64,000 nt of DNA from Malacoraja senta (taxonomy: Eukaryota). The number at the start of each line of letters is the position of its first letter. Positions within the stretch are counted from its first letter, which is position 1. The stretch covers positions 19,656,001 to 19,720,000 of the forward strand of contig CM075989.1 in assembly GCA_038087875.1 (NCBI GenBank), read 5' to 3'. Positions 27,501 through 38,072 of this stretch are shown here, piece after piece. Made by a program: the position numbers and the translations under genes. Under the pieces are notes generated by a model. That model searched no databases. It was not told the DNA's origin and saw only the letters and a list, made by a program, of their open reading frames with translations.

Positions 27501-27888
27501 CAGAACTCCAGAAATGTAACGGAATTCATAGGTCGCGTGAACTCCTTGTCCAAGTGCTTTCCTGCACTCTGCTGCTTTCTTGGGCACAACCGTGGGAACT
27601 TTATCCTTCACAGCGCTATGAAGGAGGCTGAAGTGGCGCCTGGAAAATTGGATTTTCTTTTCAAAAATGCAGACAAAATCTCATTTCTGTTGCATTAGGA
27701 CTTCCCCACCGAACGCATACACCCAAAATTTGAAATAAGAAAGATTTTAGTAAAGTATATTAGTCGTGCTCTTTCCTTGCTTCAGAATAGTTACCATTAA
27801 AGCACTCTGTTACTAGGAATATCTCTAATTGAAATATTAAATCATAAAACTGCTCTCGTCACCATGGGATTTAAGAATAGGCCTTCTC

Positions 27889-27919
<31 letters not shown>

Positions 27920-28596
27920 ACACACATAATCCAGTTTCAATGCTCTTTATGCCAATGCCATTTCTGAAAGCTTTGGTATAGATAGGGTAGACAGTCAGAA
28001 ACTTTCTCCCAAGGTGGAAATCAGTTCAGTTTAGTTTATTGTCACGTGTACCGAGGTCTGTGGAATTCTCTGCCTCAGAGGGTGGTGGAGGCAGGTTCTC
28101 TGGATGCTTTCAAGAGAGAGCTAGATAGGGCACTTAAAAATAACGGAGTCAGGGGATATGGGGAGAAGGCAGGAAGAGGGTACTGATTGGGGATGATCAG
28201 CCATGATCACATTGAATGGCGGTGCTGGCTCGATGGGCCGAATGGCCTACTCCTGCACCTATTGTCTATTGTCTATTGTCTATATTGGAAAGCTTTTGTT
28301 GCGTGCAATCCAGACAGCGGAAAGACAATACATGATTACAATCGAGCCATTTACAGTATAGATACATGATAAGGGTGACGTTTCAGGTCAAGACCCTTCT
28401 CCAGACCGATGGTCGGCGTGGACTCAGTGGCCATGTTTCCACACGGAATTTCTAAAAACAAGAAAGTTTTCGAAAACACAAAAAAAAAAGCACTCGAACC
28501 CTGAGACGGGAACGTTGCCCCATCCCATCTGAAACTCTCACTCCTGTCAGCATCATTCGTTAAAAGCCAGCAAACCAGGGCTCTGTCCTCTGACTG

Positions 28597-28770
28597 TTTA
28601 AGAAGGAACTGCAGATGCTGGAAATTAAAAGTGCTGGAGAAACTCAGCGGGTGAGGCAGCATCTATGGAGCGAAGGAAATAGGCAACGTTTCGTCCCGAA
28701 ACGTTGCCTATTTCCCTCGCTCCATAGATGCTGCCTCAGCCGCTGAGTTTCTCCAGCATTTTTTGTCTAC
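28597..28770. mobile_element. Penelope-derived fold-back insertion with 16-bp TSD
   Basis: Palindrome centred on taggcaacgtttcg-tcc-cgaaacgttgccta. Direct repeat ctctgtcctctgactg at 28581-28596 and 28771-28786. Confidence 0.8.
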
Positions 28771-30212
28771 CTCTGTCCTCTGACTGATCATTTTACCAGC
28801 TCGGTCTGAAAACAACTGTGCTTGGTTGCGTTTAAATGCTGCGGATTTGATGAGCAGGTCTGTTTTGGAAAGGGATGGAACGACATTAACACAATCCCTG
28901 TACACCCCGGCTCTGCTGAAGTGTTATGAACCTGTAACAGAAGCCTCTAAATATTTTACTTCTTTTAGGAGGATTAGTCTCTAGATTCTCAAACACTCAA
29001 AGGATTACCAACAAAGAGTATAAATTGCTCCCATTGCTGTTCTTTTGATATAGACACGATTGATTCACATCTAACACCATGTAATTACAGACCATTTTTA
29101 CGTGCTCACGGTTAACCCAATTACTCCATTTATTAGCTACAACAATGGCTTCTTCTGTAAACTTCACAATATTAATGTTCGCACCCTGGAGTGTAAAAGT
29201 TTTATGTTCATCGTCAGCTTAACCTGTCCCAGTTGCTAATTCACCTGCATTTCTTAATATCCCAATAAAAGCTTAATCAAACCCAGAAACTAGGTGATAA
29301 ATCACCGTGTTCACTTTATGGTGGCATCTTTATGGGTGTGGAGCTGCGATTACAGTCTGCTGCATAACACTTATCAGCCAGGGAACAACTACAGCGTGAT
29401 CAGTGTGAACATCTTCTCCCGCACTCCACTCAGGGCACAGATTAACATCATTAACGGTATTGGCTGTTTTGAACTAAATATATAACTAACAGCGTTTATA
29501 TACGTTGACTGAAGTCCATCAGCCTGAGGAATGGATCTGACCTGAAACATCGCCTGTCCACTTCCCTCCGCAGATGCTGCCTGCTTGGATAGAGTGGACG
29601 TTGGGAGGAGGTTTCCACTAGTGCAGGGGCCAGAGGTCATAGCCTCGGAATAAAAGGACGTTTATGTGTAGGTGTCAGAGGTTATGGGGAGAAGCCAGGA
29701 GAGTGGGGTTGGGAGGGGGAGATAAATCAGCGATGATTAAATGGTGGGGTAGACTTGGGAGACATGAAGTTCATAAGTAATAGGAGCAGAATTAGGCCAT
29801 TCGGCCCATCAAGTCATCGCCATTCCGTCATGGCTGATCTATCTCCCTCCTAACCCCATTCTCCTGCCTTCTCCTAAGAGTGCAAGAATCACATCAATGG
29901 ATATTTTTAAGGCGGAGATTGACAGATTCTTGATTAGTACGGGTGTCAGGGGTTATGGGGAGAAGGCAGGAGAATGGGGTTGAGAGGGAAAGATAGATCA
30001 GCCATGATTGAATGGCGGAGTAGACTTGATGGGCCAAATGGCCTAATTCTGCAGCTACAACTTATGAACCAGGCAGAATAAATTAAATGCTTAAAGGTAA
30101 TAGTACTGCTATTTTGAATGATTTTAAAACCTAAAAAAGCCAAGCATGTCAGGTTTACAAAGGAGAGGAAGTACCATTGAACAGCAATGAAACTCTGCAT
30201 GCTTTCACTTAC

Positions 30213-30381
30213 GTGGTTTACCTGATCCGGTATTGTCCTCCAGCTCCATTTCTTCAACCTGTGTCTCACTGTTTCCATTCTCGAGTCTGACCACGGGTTG
30301 ACTGCTTATTGATGTTGTTGTCAAAGTTCTCAAAACCCTTTGGACTTCTGCTAGTAACATAGCTTGTATTGCTTCCAACAG
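30213..30381 (-). CDS. WDR72: WDR72 internal coding exon (169 bp)
   Basis: LLEAIQAMLLAEVQRVLRTLTTTSISSQPVVRLENGNSE... resembles recalled human [39 protein letters not shown]. Acceptor tctgttcacag, donor CAC|gtaagt; an alternative same-phase donor CAG|gtaaac lies 9 nt earlier. Confidence 0.9.
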
Positions 30382-31204
30382 CTGTGAACAGATTTGCATG
30401 TGAAGATAGAGTCATGCAACACAGACACAGGTCTTCGGTCCAACTCTTCCATGCTGACCAAGATGGCCCGTCTAAGCGTGTCCCATATCCCCTTCTGAAC
30501 CTTTCCTATCCTTATGTTGTCTAAATGTTTTTATTGTACCTGCCTCAACTACTTCCTCTGGCAGCTCGTTCCATACACCCACCACCCTATGTGTGAATAT
30601 TGTGCCCCACGGGTTCCTATTACATTTTCCCCTCTCACCTTAAACCTATGCCCTCTTGAATTGAATTGAAATTGTTGGGGGAGTCCAGAACCAAGGGCCA
30701 CAGGTTAAGAATTAGGGGTAAGCCATTTAGAACGGAGATGAGGAAACACTTTTTCACACAGAGAGTTGTGAGTCTGTGAACTTCTCTGCCTCAGAGGGCG
30801 GTGGAGGCCGGTTCTCTGGAAACTTTCAAGAGAGAGCTTGATAGGGCTCTAAAAGGGCTCTGGGGATATGGGGAGAAGGCAGGAACAGAGTACTGATTGT
30901 GGATGATCAGCCATGATCACATTAAATGGCGGTGCCGGCTCGAAGGGCTGAATGGCCTACTCCTGCACCTATTGTCTATTGAAAGATGCAGCATGGAAAC
31001 AGGCCCTTCGGCTCACCAAGTCCACCCTGACTCTCGATGGCCTGTTCACACTCGTTCTATGTTGTCCCACTTTCTCATCCACTCCCTCCACACGAGGGGC
31101 AATTTAAAGACAGTTAACCTACAAACCCGCACGTCTGTGACATATGGAAGGAAACCGGAGCACCCGGAGGAAACCCATGTGATCACAGGGAGAACGGGCG
31201 GGAC

Positions 31205-31510
31205 GGGGCGGCACAGTGGCGCGGAGGTCGAGCTGCTGCTTTACAGCGCCAGAGATCCTGGTTCGATCCTGACCACGGGTGCTGTCTTGTACAGAGTTTG
31301 TGCGCTCTCCCCGTGACCGCGTGGGTTTTCCCCGGGTGCTCCGGTTTCCTCCCACACTCCAAAGACGTACAGGTTTGTGTGGTTAATTGGCTTCGGTAAA
31401 GATTGTAAAATGTCCTTAGTGTGTAGGATAGTGCTAGTGCATGGGGATTGCTGGTCGGAGCAGACTCGATGGGCCAAAGGGCCTGTTTCTCTAAAGCGGT
31501 AACTCTAAAC
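31205..31510 (+). mobile_element. HE1-type V-SINE (back-to-back with a minus-strand partial copy at ~30980-31200)
   Basis: Same architecture as the other copies. Confidence 0.8.
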
Positions 31511-31617
31511 GCAAGTAAACGCGCAAACTCTAGTAACTGATTTCCAAAATACACACCAGAATATACACCAAAAATAGGATCAGCAAATGTACAGGTATTG
31601 TTGACTGCACAGCTCAC

Positions 31618-31694
31618 CTCTACTGACTGGAATTGCCAACCAGCGATCAAATTGGTAAGGATCTTGTAACTTGTTTCTTTGCTCGAGCTCCAAC
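31618..31694 (-). CDS. WDR72: WDR72 internal coding exon (77 bp)
   Basis: (G)WSSSKETSYKILTNLIAGWQFQSVE resembles recalled human LSLLKLISCWRDQSVQ. Acceptor ttcttctgcttag, donor GAG|gtgagc. Phase 1 in, phase 0 out. Confidence 0.88.
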
Positions 31695-33873
31695 CTAAGC
31701 AGAAGAATCTATCTATGGAAAGGGAAAATGAAGTCATGACATTTGGAAATCGTTAAATAAATAAAAATCTGTGTTATATTTATATTAAGGGGGACATTAA
31801 ATAAACAGTTAACAGATTTCAAAACAGTATCTGCTTACATATTAGTAATTCACAAATAATGCACTTTAATCTATTCACAAAAATATGTATTATCATTATA
31901 TTTCTTGCAGATACACCATCCTAAGCTAATAGTTAGGATTTGGACCTAACGCATGATTTCACCCGCCTCGACTACCTCCTCTGGCTGCTCGTTCTATCCA
32001 CCCACCTGTGGGTGGACAAGTTGTCCCTCAGGTTCCTATTAAATCTTTCCCCCCTCACCTTAAACCTATGTCCTCTGGTTGGTGATTCCCCTACTCTGGG
32101 TAAAAGACTATGCCCATTTCAAGAGAGTTTATTGTCATGTGTCCCAGATAGGACAATGACCTTATCTATTCTTATCATGATGTTATGCACCTCTCTAAGA
32201 TCAACCCTCAACCTTCTGCGTTTCCAAGGAATAAAGTCCTACTCTGCTCAACCTTTCCCTATAGCTCAGGCCCTCGAGTCCTGAAATAGGCACTTAAAAT
32301 ACTGAAGATAATAACATAAGAACATAGGAAATAGAAGCAGGAAATAGACCATTCAACCCCCGTGTTTGATCTGATTTTCCTTGGTTAGAAAAAAAAAAAC
32401 TTCATAACAAGATATTGATTATTTAGCGGCAAGGAAATCTTTAATGAACATCATGGTTTAATATGTTGTTTGATTTCAACAAGCCAATAAGATATAAATG
32501 CTTGGAAAGGTTCAAAAATCTCGTTCAAACAAATTTAGCATTTTCTTCCAAAGTATAATGAAGATTCAGAGTCTTTCTCCAGACAGTTTTGAGGTCAGAG
32601 GGATAAACTTTGAAGGAGTGTGCAGGGCGTTTATAGTTTACACCAAGGGTTGGTGAGTGCCTGGGATGCGCTGCTGGGGGTGGTGGTGGAGGCAGATAAA
32701 ATAGCGTCATGTAAGAGGCGCTTACATGAAAATGCACAGAATAGAGGGATAAGGATCATATACAGACATTGGCATCATGTTCGGCACGGACATTGTGGGC
32801 CGAAGGGCCTGTTCCAGTGCTGTACTGTACTACGCTCCAAATAGTTGGGTCTTCTAGTCTCTTCTTAAAGTCAGAGAGTCAGAGTGATACAGCGTGGAAA
32901 CTGGCCCAACCTGCCCACACCGGCCAACATGTCCCAGCTACACTAGTCCCATCTGCCCGCGTTTTGCCTATACCCCTCCAAACCTGTCCTGTCCATGTAC
33001 CCGTCTAAATGTTTCTTAAACCTTTCTCAACTACCGCAGCAGCTCGTTCCATACACACACCACCCTTGGTGTTCATCTTTGTGGCCTTACACTTACTTTG
33101 CGCAGCTTCTCCTGTCAGTGGGGACATTGACTGCTGAGATGTCTCCCCTTCTTTACCCCGGGGGCAGTCGGCCTTATGCTGTCTGCAGGAATAGTAACAT
33201 ATTGCTGGTAACCAAAGGAGGTCTGCATACAGAACTTCTCATGACGACAAAGGAGAGTTCTCATTTTAAATTTTAAAAGTCAATTCCGAGCTTTGCAAAC
33301 ATTTAACTGTCGACACCCACGCAAACCTACCACACGTGTTATACAATCAACAGGTAGATTGATAGAGAAACAAGGAACCGCAGATGCTGGTTAATACACA
33401 AAAGGACACAAAGTGCTGGAGTAACTTAGCAGGTCTGGTAACATGTGTAGGAAGGAACTGCTGGTTTGTACCAAAGAGCGGCACAAAGTGCTGGAGTAAG
33501 TCAACGGGTCAGGCCACATGTGTAGAAAGGAACTGCTGATGCCGGTTTATACTGAAGATAGACGCAAAGTGCTGGAGGAACTCAGCGGGTCAGGCAGCAT
33601 CTCTGGAGAAAAAGAATGGATGACACATTTCGGGTCGGGACACTTCTTCAGACTGAAAGTAAAGGGGAGGGAACTGGAGATTAGAAAAGGGCAGAACAAA
33701 GTAGGGGCGGCAACAGATGACCAAGGAGGAGTGGAGCCCAGAATGGCCCAATGTTGGCCGGGGAAGAGGTGATAACTTACCTCCAGTTCCCTCCCCTCTA
33801 CTTTCAGTCTGAAGAAGGGTGCCGACCTGAAACATCACCCATCCTTTTTCTCCAGAGATGCTGCCTGACCCAC

Positions 33874-34304
33874 TTCTTCTTCTTCTTCTTCTTAAAGGCC
33901 TGTCTCACGAGTCTGCGGTCTATGGCGGCGAAACGGGAAGAATCTGCCGCCATAGACCGCGCACTCGTGAGAACGTACAATTCCGGGGCTGTGCGTCGGT
34001 GTTCCCAACACCGCACGGTGCTAAAATAAAATCGACAATGTCGAAAACTATATACTCACCGCACAACCTCCACCAGTGATGCACGAGTGCGGCACGGCCG
34101 CTCGCACGGGCCGCCGCCAGTATGGCTCGAGCGCCGTGCGTCAAACCTCCACTGCCACAGCCTCCGCCAGTGATTATGTACGGCCTGCACAGCCTAAAGT
34201 TGTGGGACAACCTGTTCTATTTGATCCTATTTGATTGTGCACGCCAGGTTGATTGCATTCGTTGAAACAGGGCGGACCACGTGAAGGTTGCAATCTCCCA
34301 CCCC
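33874..34304 (-). mobile_element. Ribozyme-headed short non-autonomous retroelement with (GAA)n tail
   Basis: Interrupts a Penelope-derived arm. Flanking direct repeat cctgaccc(a/g)c at 33864-33873 and 34305-34314. (TTC)n at 33874-33893 is a (GAA)n 3' tail on the minus strand. The 5' end is ribozyme G1. Body is GC/CpG-rich with several hairpins. Confidence 0.8.
34251..34304 (-). ncRNA. Predicted minimal HDV-like (CPEB3-type) self-cleaving ribozyme, 54 nt
   Basis: Minus strand reads GGGGUGG-GA-GAUUGCA-ACC-UUCACGU-GGU-CCGCCCU-GU-UUCAA-CGAA-UGCAAUC. P1 is 7 bp with a G1.U wobble, P2 is 7 bp, P3 is 3 bp, L3 is UUCACGU, J1.1/4 is GU, P4 is vestigial, and J4/2 is CGAA with the catalytic C at 34261. 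Activity untested. Confidence 0.85.
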
Positions 34305-35612
34305 CCTGACCCGCCGAGTTACTCCAGCACTTTGTGTCACGCAACATCTCTGGAGAATATGGAGAGGTGACGTTTTGGGTCGGAACCTTTCTTCAGATAA
34401 CATTCACATTATCTGAATATTAATATTCATTCATAATAATATTCGTGTTGCAAAATAAAAATGTAGCAATTTTACACTCCCCAGTTGCTACCAACAGAAA
34501 CTCAATGTTACATAATATTATCCATTTTTCTAAAGTGTTTTATAATCAAAGTTTTTTCGCATCCCCATCTCTACATAAAATGAATGAGTATTCCAGGTTT
34601 CAGCATGAAATTGAACAAGTAGTTTTTTCTTTGAAGTTAGTGTCTCCGGGGTAAGGAAAGGGAGACATCTCAGCAGTCAATGTCCCCACTGACAGGAGAA
34701 GCTGCGCAAAGTAAGTGTAAGGCCACAAAGTGACCTGAGGAAGAACTATTTATTTGATGGGCTCAGTGCATCGGGAGTGGGCGGAGGATTGCAGCAGTTA
34801 AAATGGATTAATTTTAGGAGTCACCACAGTCTATTTTCTAAAAGTGTCAAGATGGAGTTGGAACCTTTGCCCTTAAAGCAGGACCACTATCCTCCCCCAA
34901 CACATACAATACACTCAACAAGCAGTAAGCAGGGACCAATCCTGTTCCAATACCACAAGTTCATCAGTTCTTGGAGCACAACTAGGCCATTCGGCCCATC
35001 AAGTCTACTCTCCGCTATTCAATCATGGCTGATCTTTCTTTTCTTCTCAACCCCATTCTCCAAAATGGGAGACCCGGGCTTGATCCTGCAAGTGCTTGTC
35101 TGTAAGGCGTTTGTACGTTCTCCCCGTGACCTGCGTGGGTTTCCTCCGGGAACCTCCGGTTTCCTCCCACACGTCAAAGACATACAGGATTGCAGGTTAA
35201 TTGGCTTGGGTATGAATGCAAATTGTCCCTTGTATTTGTGGGATAGTGTCAGTGTGCGGGGATCGCTGGTTGGTGCGGACTCGGTGGGCTGAAGGGCCTG
35301 TTTCCACGCTGCATCTCTAAACTGCATTAAAAACACAACGTGCTGGATGAACTGAATGGGTCAGGCAGCATCTGTGAATGGAATGGACAGATGCTGTTTC
35401 AGGTCAGGACCATTCTTCAGACATGTCCCAACCCAAAAAAGTGCCTGTCCATTCCCTCTAAATTCCTGCTGAATCTTCCAAAACTAAAAAACTGAAAACT
35501 AAAAACTCAAGTAGTGAGATATTAACTGTATCAGGGGCAGCACGACAGAAACGGACACAGTTTAATGGAATATCCGCTGACAAGAATCATTGACATTTTC
35601 AGTGCCACTCAC

Positions 35613-35707
35613 CAATTGATTGGTACCTCCAACTGCTTTGCACATTACTATCAAATACAGAGGCAATGTTTATTTTCAGATTACCTCGTAGCCTTGGAGC
35701 TTGGAGT
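35613..35707 (-). CDS. WDR72: WDR72 internal coding exon (95 bp), divergent linker region
   Basis: Acceptor tttgctatctgatag, donor TTG|gtgagt. Open in exactly the phases needed (2 in, 1 out) to join the flanking exons: (R)LQAPRLRGNLKINIASVFDSNVQSSWRYQSI(G). Several other candidates in this interval had stops or the wrong phase. Protein similarity is weak, so the call rests on splice signals and phase. Confidence 0.7.
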
Positions 35708-37533
35708 CTATCAGATAGCAAACACTGCACAATCCACAGGGTAGTTGTTGCTAAGACAGCAACCCGTTTGTTGGTTCAAGCTTAGCCCGTTAAAAAGAAT
35801 ACCATCAAATATTAAATTCCTCCTTAATCAGATGATTCCATGTAATTTGTTTGCAAAGAAACTATTCGCATTAAAGTTAGAAATGGTAATTAAGTTATCA
35901 GTCACTTGTAGAGCTTCTGTAGTTACCTGTATGGGATAAAGGTGAATATTCACTGTCCCAAGATGTGGTTTTGTGCAGCAGTTATTGTTTAAATAATTTT
36001 AATCTGCTTCATCTCTATTCTGCATAGTGATTTGTAAATTCACAAGTTATAGGAGCAGAATTATGCCATTCAATCGTGGTGCACCTATCTTTCCCTCTCA
36101 ACCCCATTCTGCTGCCTTTTAGACTAGATTAGATACTGTTATTGTCACATGTGACAAGTCATAGAGAGATGCTTTGTTTTGCCTACACAAGGTATGCAAA
36201 GAGTGGCCACATAAAGGGCGTTGATAAAGTTACAAAGTACCCCTTTTTTCCCCAATGATCTCCCCTCCCCCCCTCCGTTCTTGATGCCACTGCGCTACTG
36301 TGCCGCCCATTAATAGGTCGGGACACTTATTCGGACTGACTGTGGTGGGGGCGGGGGAGAAAGCTGGAAGAGAGGAGGCGCAGGATAAAGCTTGACGATA
36401 GATGGATACAGGTGAGGAGGAGGGGGGGGGGGAGGGAGTTCAGAGTGCATAACAGAGCACATAAGCCCTTCAAGGCATGTATGGAGTGAATGAAAATATT
36501 TGTACTGCTGATAATACTCTGGAACCAGAGGATATACAGAAAATGCACTGCACTGTATTCAGTCTCAAAGCAATGCAAGGATGCTACTTGTTAAACCGAA
36601 ACCAGCTCTGAGATTCATGTGCAGGAAGGAACTGCAGACGCTGGTTTAAACCAAAGACAGACACAAAAGCAGGAGTAACACAGCGGATCAGACAGCATCG
36701 CTGGAGAAAAGGAATAGGTGACGTTTCGGGTCTTCAGACTCCAGAGATTTATCGCATGCTTACTGATTTGGTAGCCTCAAATAATAAGAGGTTCCACTCA
36801 CAGTGGCTACGCAGAAACTGGAAGCTTATTCCAATGCACAGCCCTTTGCAAGGGCAGTAAGTTGCTTATTTGGCACAAAGGCAGGGGAATCAAATTGTTG
36901 CATTAAAGGATTTATCCTTGGGTGAATTCTCAAGCCCTTGTGCTGTTAAATACATTTGTGTGTGGCTCGAACGACAAACAGTTTCGGAGCAAATTATTAA
37001 GCACCGCAGAAACCTACATTCAACCTGACTTGCAATATTGCAACCTCAATGGAAATGGCAGGGTGAATTGTCAGGGAATTTCATCCATCATCAGGCACAA
37101 AGATGACAGTGGTTATCATCGGGAGGAAGCAGTGCGGCCTCTATTTCTGAATCAAGGCCATGTTATTGTGGGCATAACTGGAGTGAATTCTTGCTGCAGA
37201 TGCAACGGAAGCCACTCAGTGCCGGGTTCTCCTTGTAAATGTCATTATAGTACCTGCCTCAACTACCTCCTCTGGCAGCTCGTGCTGTATACCCATTGAA
37301 AAAGTTGCCCCTCGGGTTGCTATTAAATCTTTCCTCTCGCACCTTATGGGCCTGTTTCCATGCTGTATGACTGTATGATCTGTAAAAGTGCCTCCTGCAC
37401 TTCAAGGTATAAAGTCCTACCCTGCTCAAACTCTCCCAACAGCTCAGGCTCTTGAAAAGGTTGAAGATACTTGAATAAACAAGCAACTTGTTTCTTTCCA
37501 GTTAATTCACAGCATTTGCTAATGGAGTTCTTA

Positions 37534-37865
37534 AAGCCCTGTCCCACGGTACGAGTTCATTCCAAGAGCTCTCCCGAGTTAAAAAAAAAAATCTAACTCG
37601 GGGTAAGCACGGAGAATGAACGTAGCGGGTACGTCGGAGCTCGGGGGCATCTCTTAGCGGCTCGTAACGCTAACGGCAGGTACTCGGGAAGACTCACTAA
37701 CGGCAGGTAAGCACGGGAAGACTCGTGAAGATTTTTCAACATGTTGAAAAATGTCCACGAGAGCCCCGAGTACCGACGAGTGGCCGTTACCGTAAATCTC
37801 CGAGATTGAATCAGGGCAAACTCGGGAGAGCTCTTTTAATGAACTCATACCGTGGGACAGGGGTT
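37534..37865. mobile_element. PIF/Harbinger-type MITE
   Basis: ~48-bp imperfect TIRs (aagccctgtcccacggtacgagttcattccaagagctctcccgagtt / aactcgggagagctcttttaatgaactcataccgtgggacaggggtt). TTA at 37531-37533 and 37866-37868. Confidence 0.8.
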
Positions 37866-38072
37866 TTACTTGTTAGCAGGACTGCACAGAAGTGTTCAAT
37901 ATTTAAAAAGTGTCATGACACAACTGGTAAGATTTAGTTACCCACTGAGTTACTCCAGCACTTTGTGTCCTTTTGTGTATTAACCAGCACCTGCAGTTCT
38001 TTGGTTCTACATATACTAAGTTTGAGTTGCCTATTGTCATACAGTTAGATGATCAAACTGAACGGTTCTTAC

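Larger units (their letters stand above)
33365..34400. mobile_element. Cluster of Penelope-derived arms including a fold-back pair, interrupted by the ribozyme-headed element
   Basis: Repeated gaaggaactgc...gctggagtaactcagcgggtcaggcagcatc units. Inverted segments cagactgaaagtaaaggggagggaactggag (~33649-33679) and ctccagttccctcccctctactttcagtctg (~33781-33811). Confidence 0.7.
33077..34730. repeat. 85-bp inverted repeat pair (33077-33161 / 34646-34730)
   Basis: Reverse complements with 2 mismatches. Sequence not seen elsewhere in the window. Confidence 0.9.

Noticed and set aside
27372..27640. WDR72 terminal exon candidate after acceptor ttttccag
   Set aside because: In the required phase it gives only about ten residues with no similarity to known WDR72 C-termini; the longer ORF is in another phase.
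28796..28931. WDR72 exon candidate
   Set aside because: The phase-1 acceptor leads to an immediate TAA; other acceptors are in the wrong phase.
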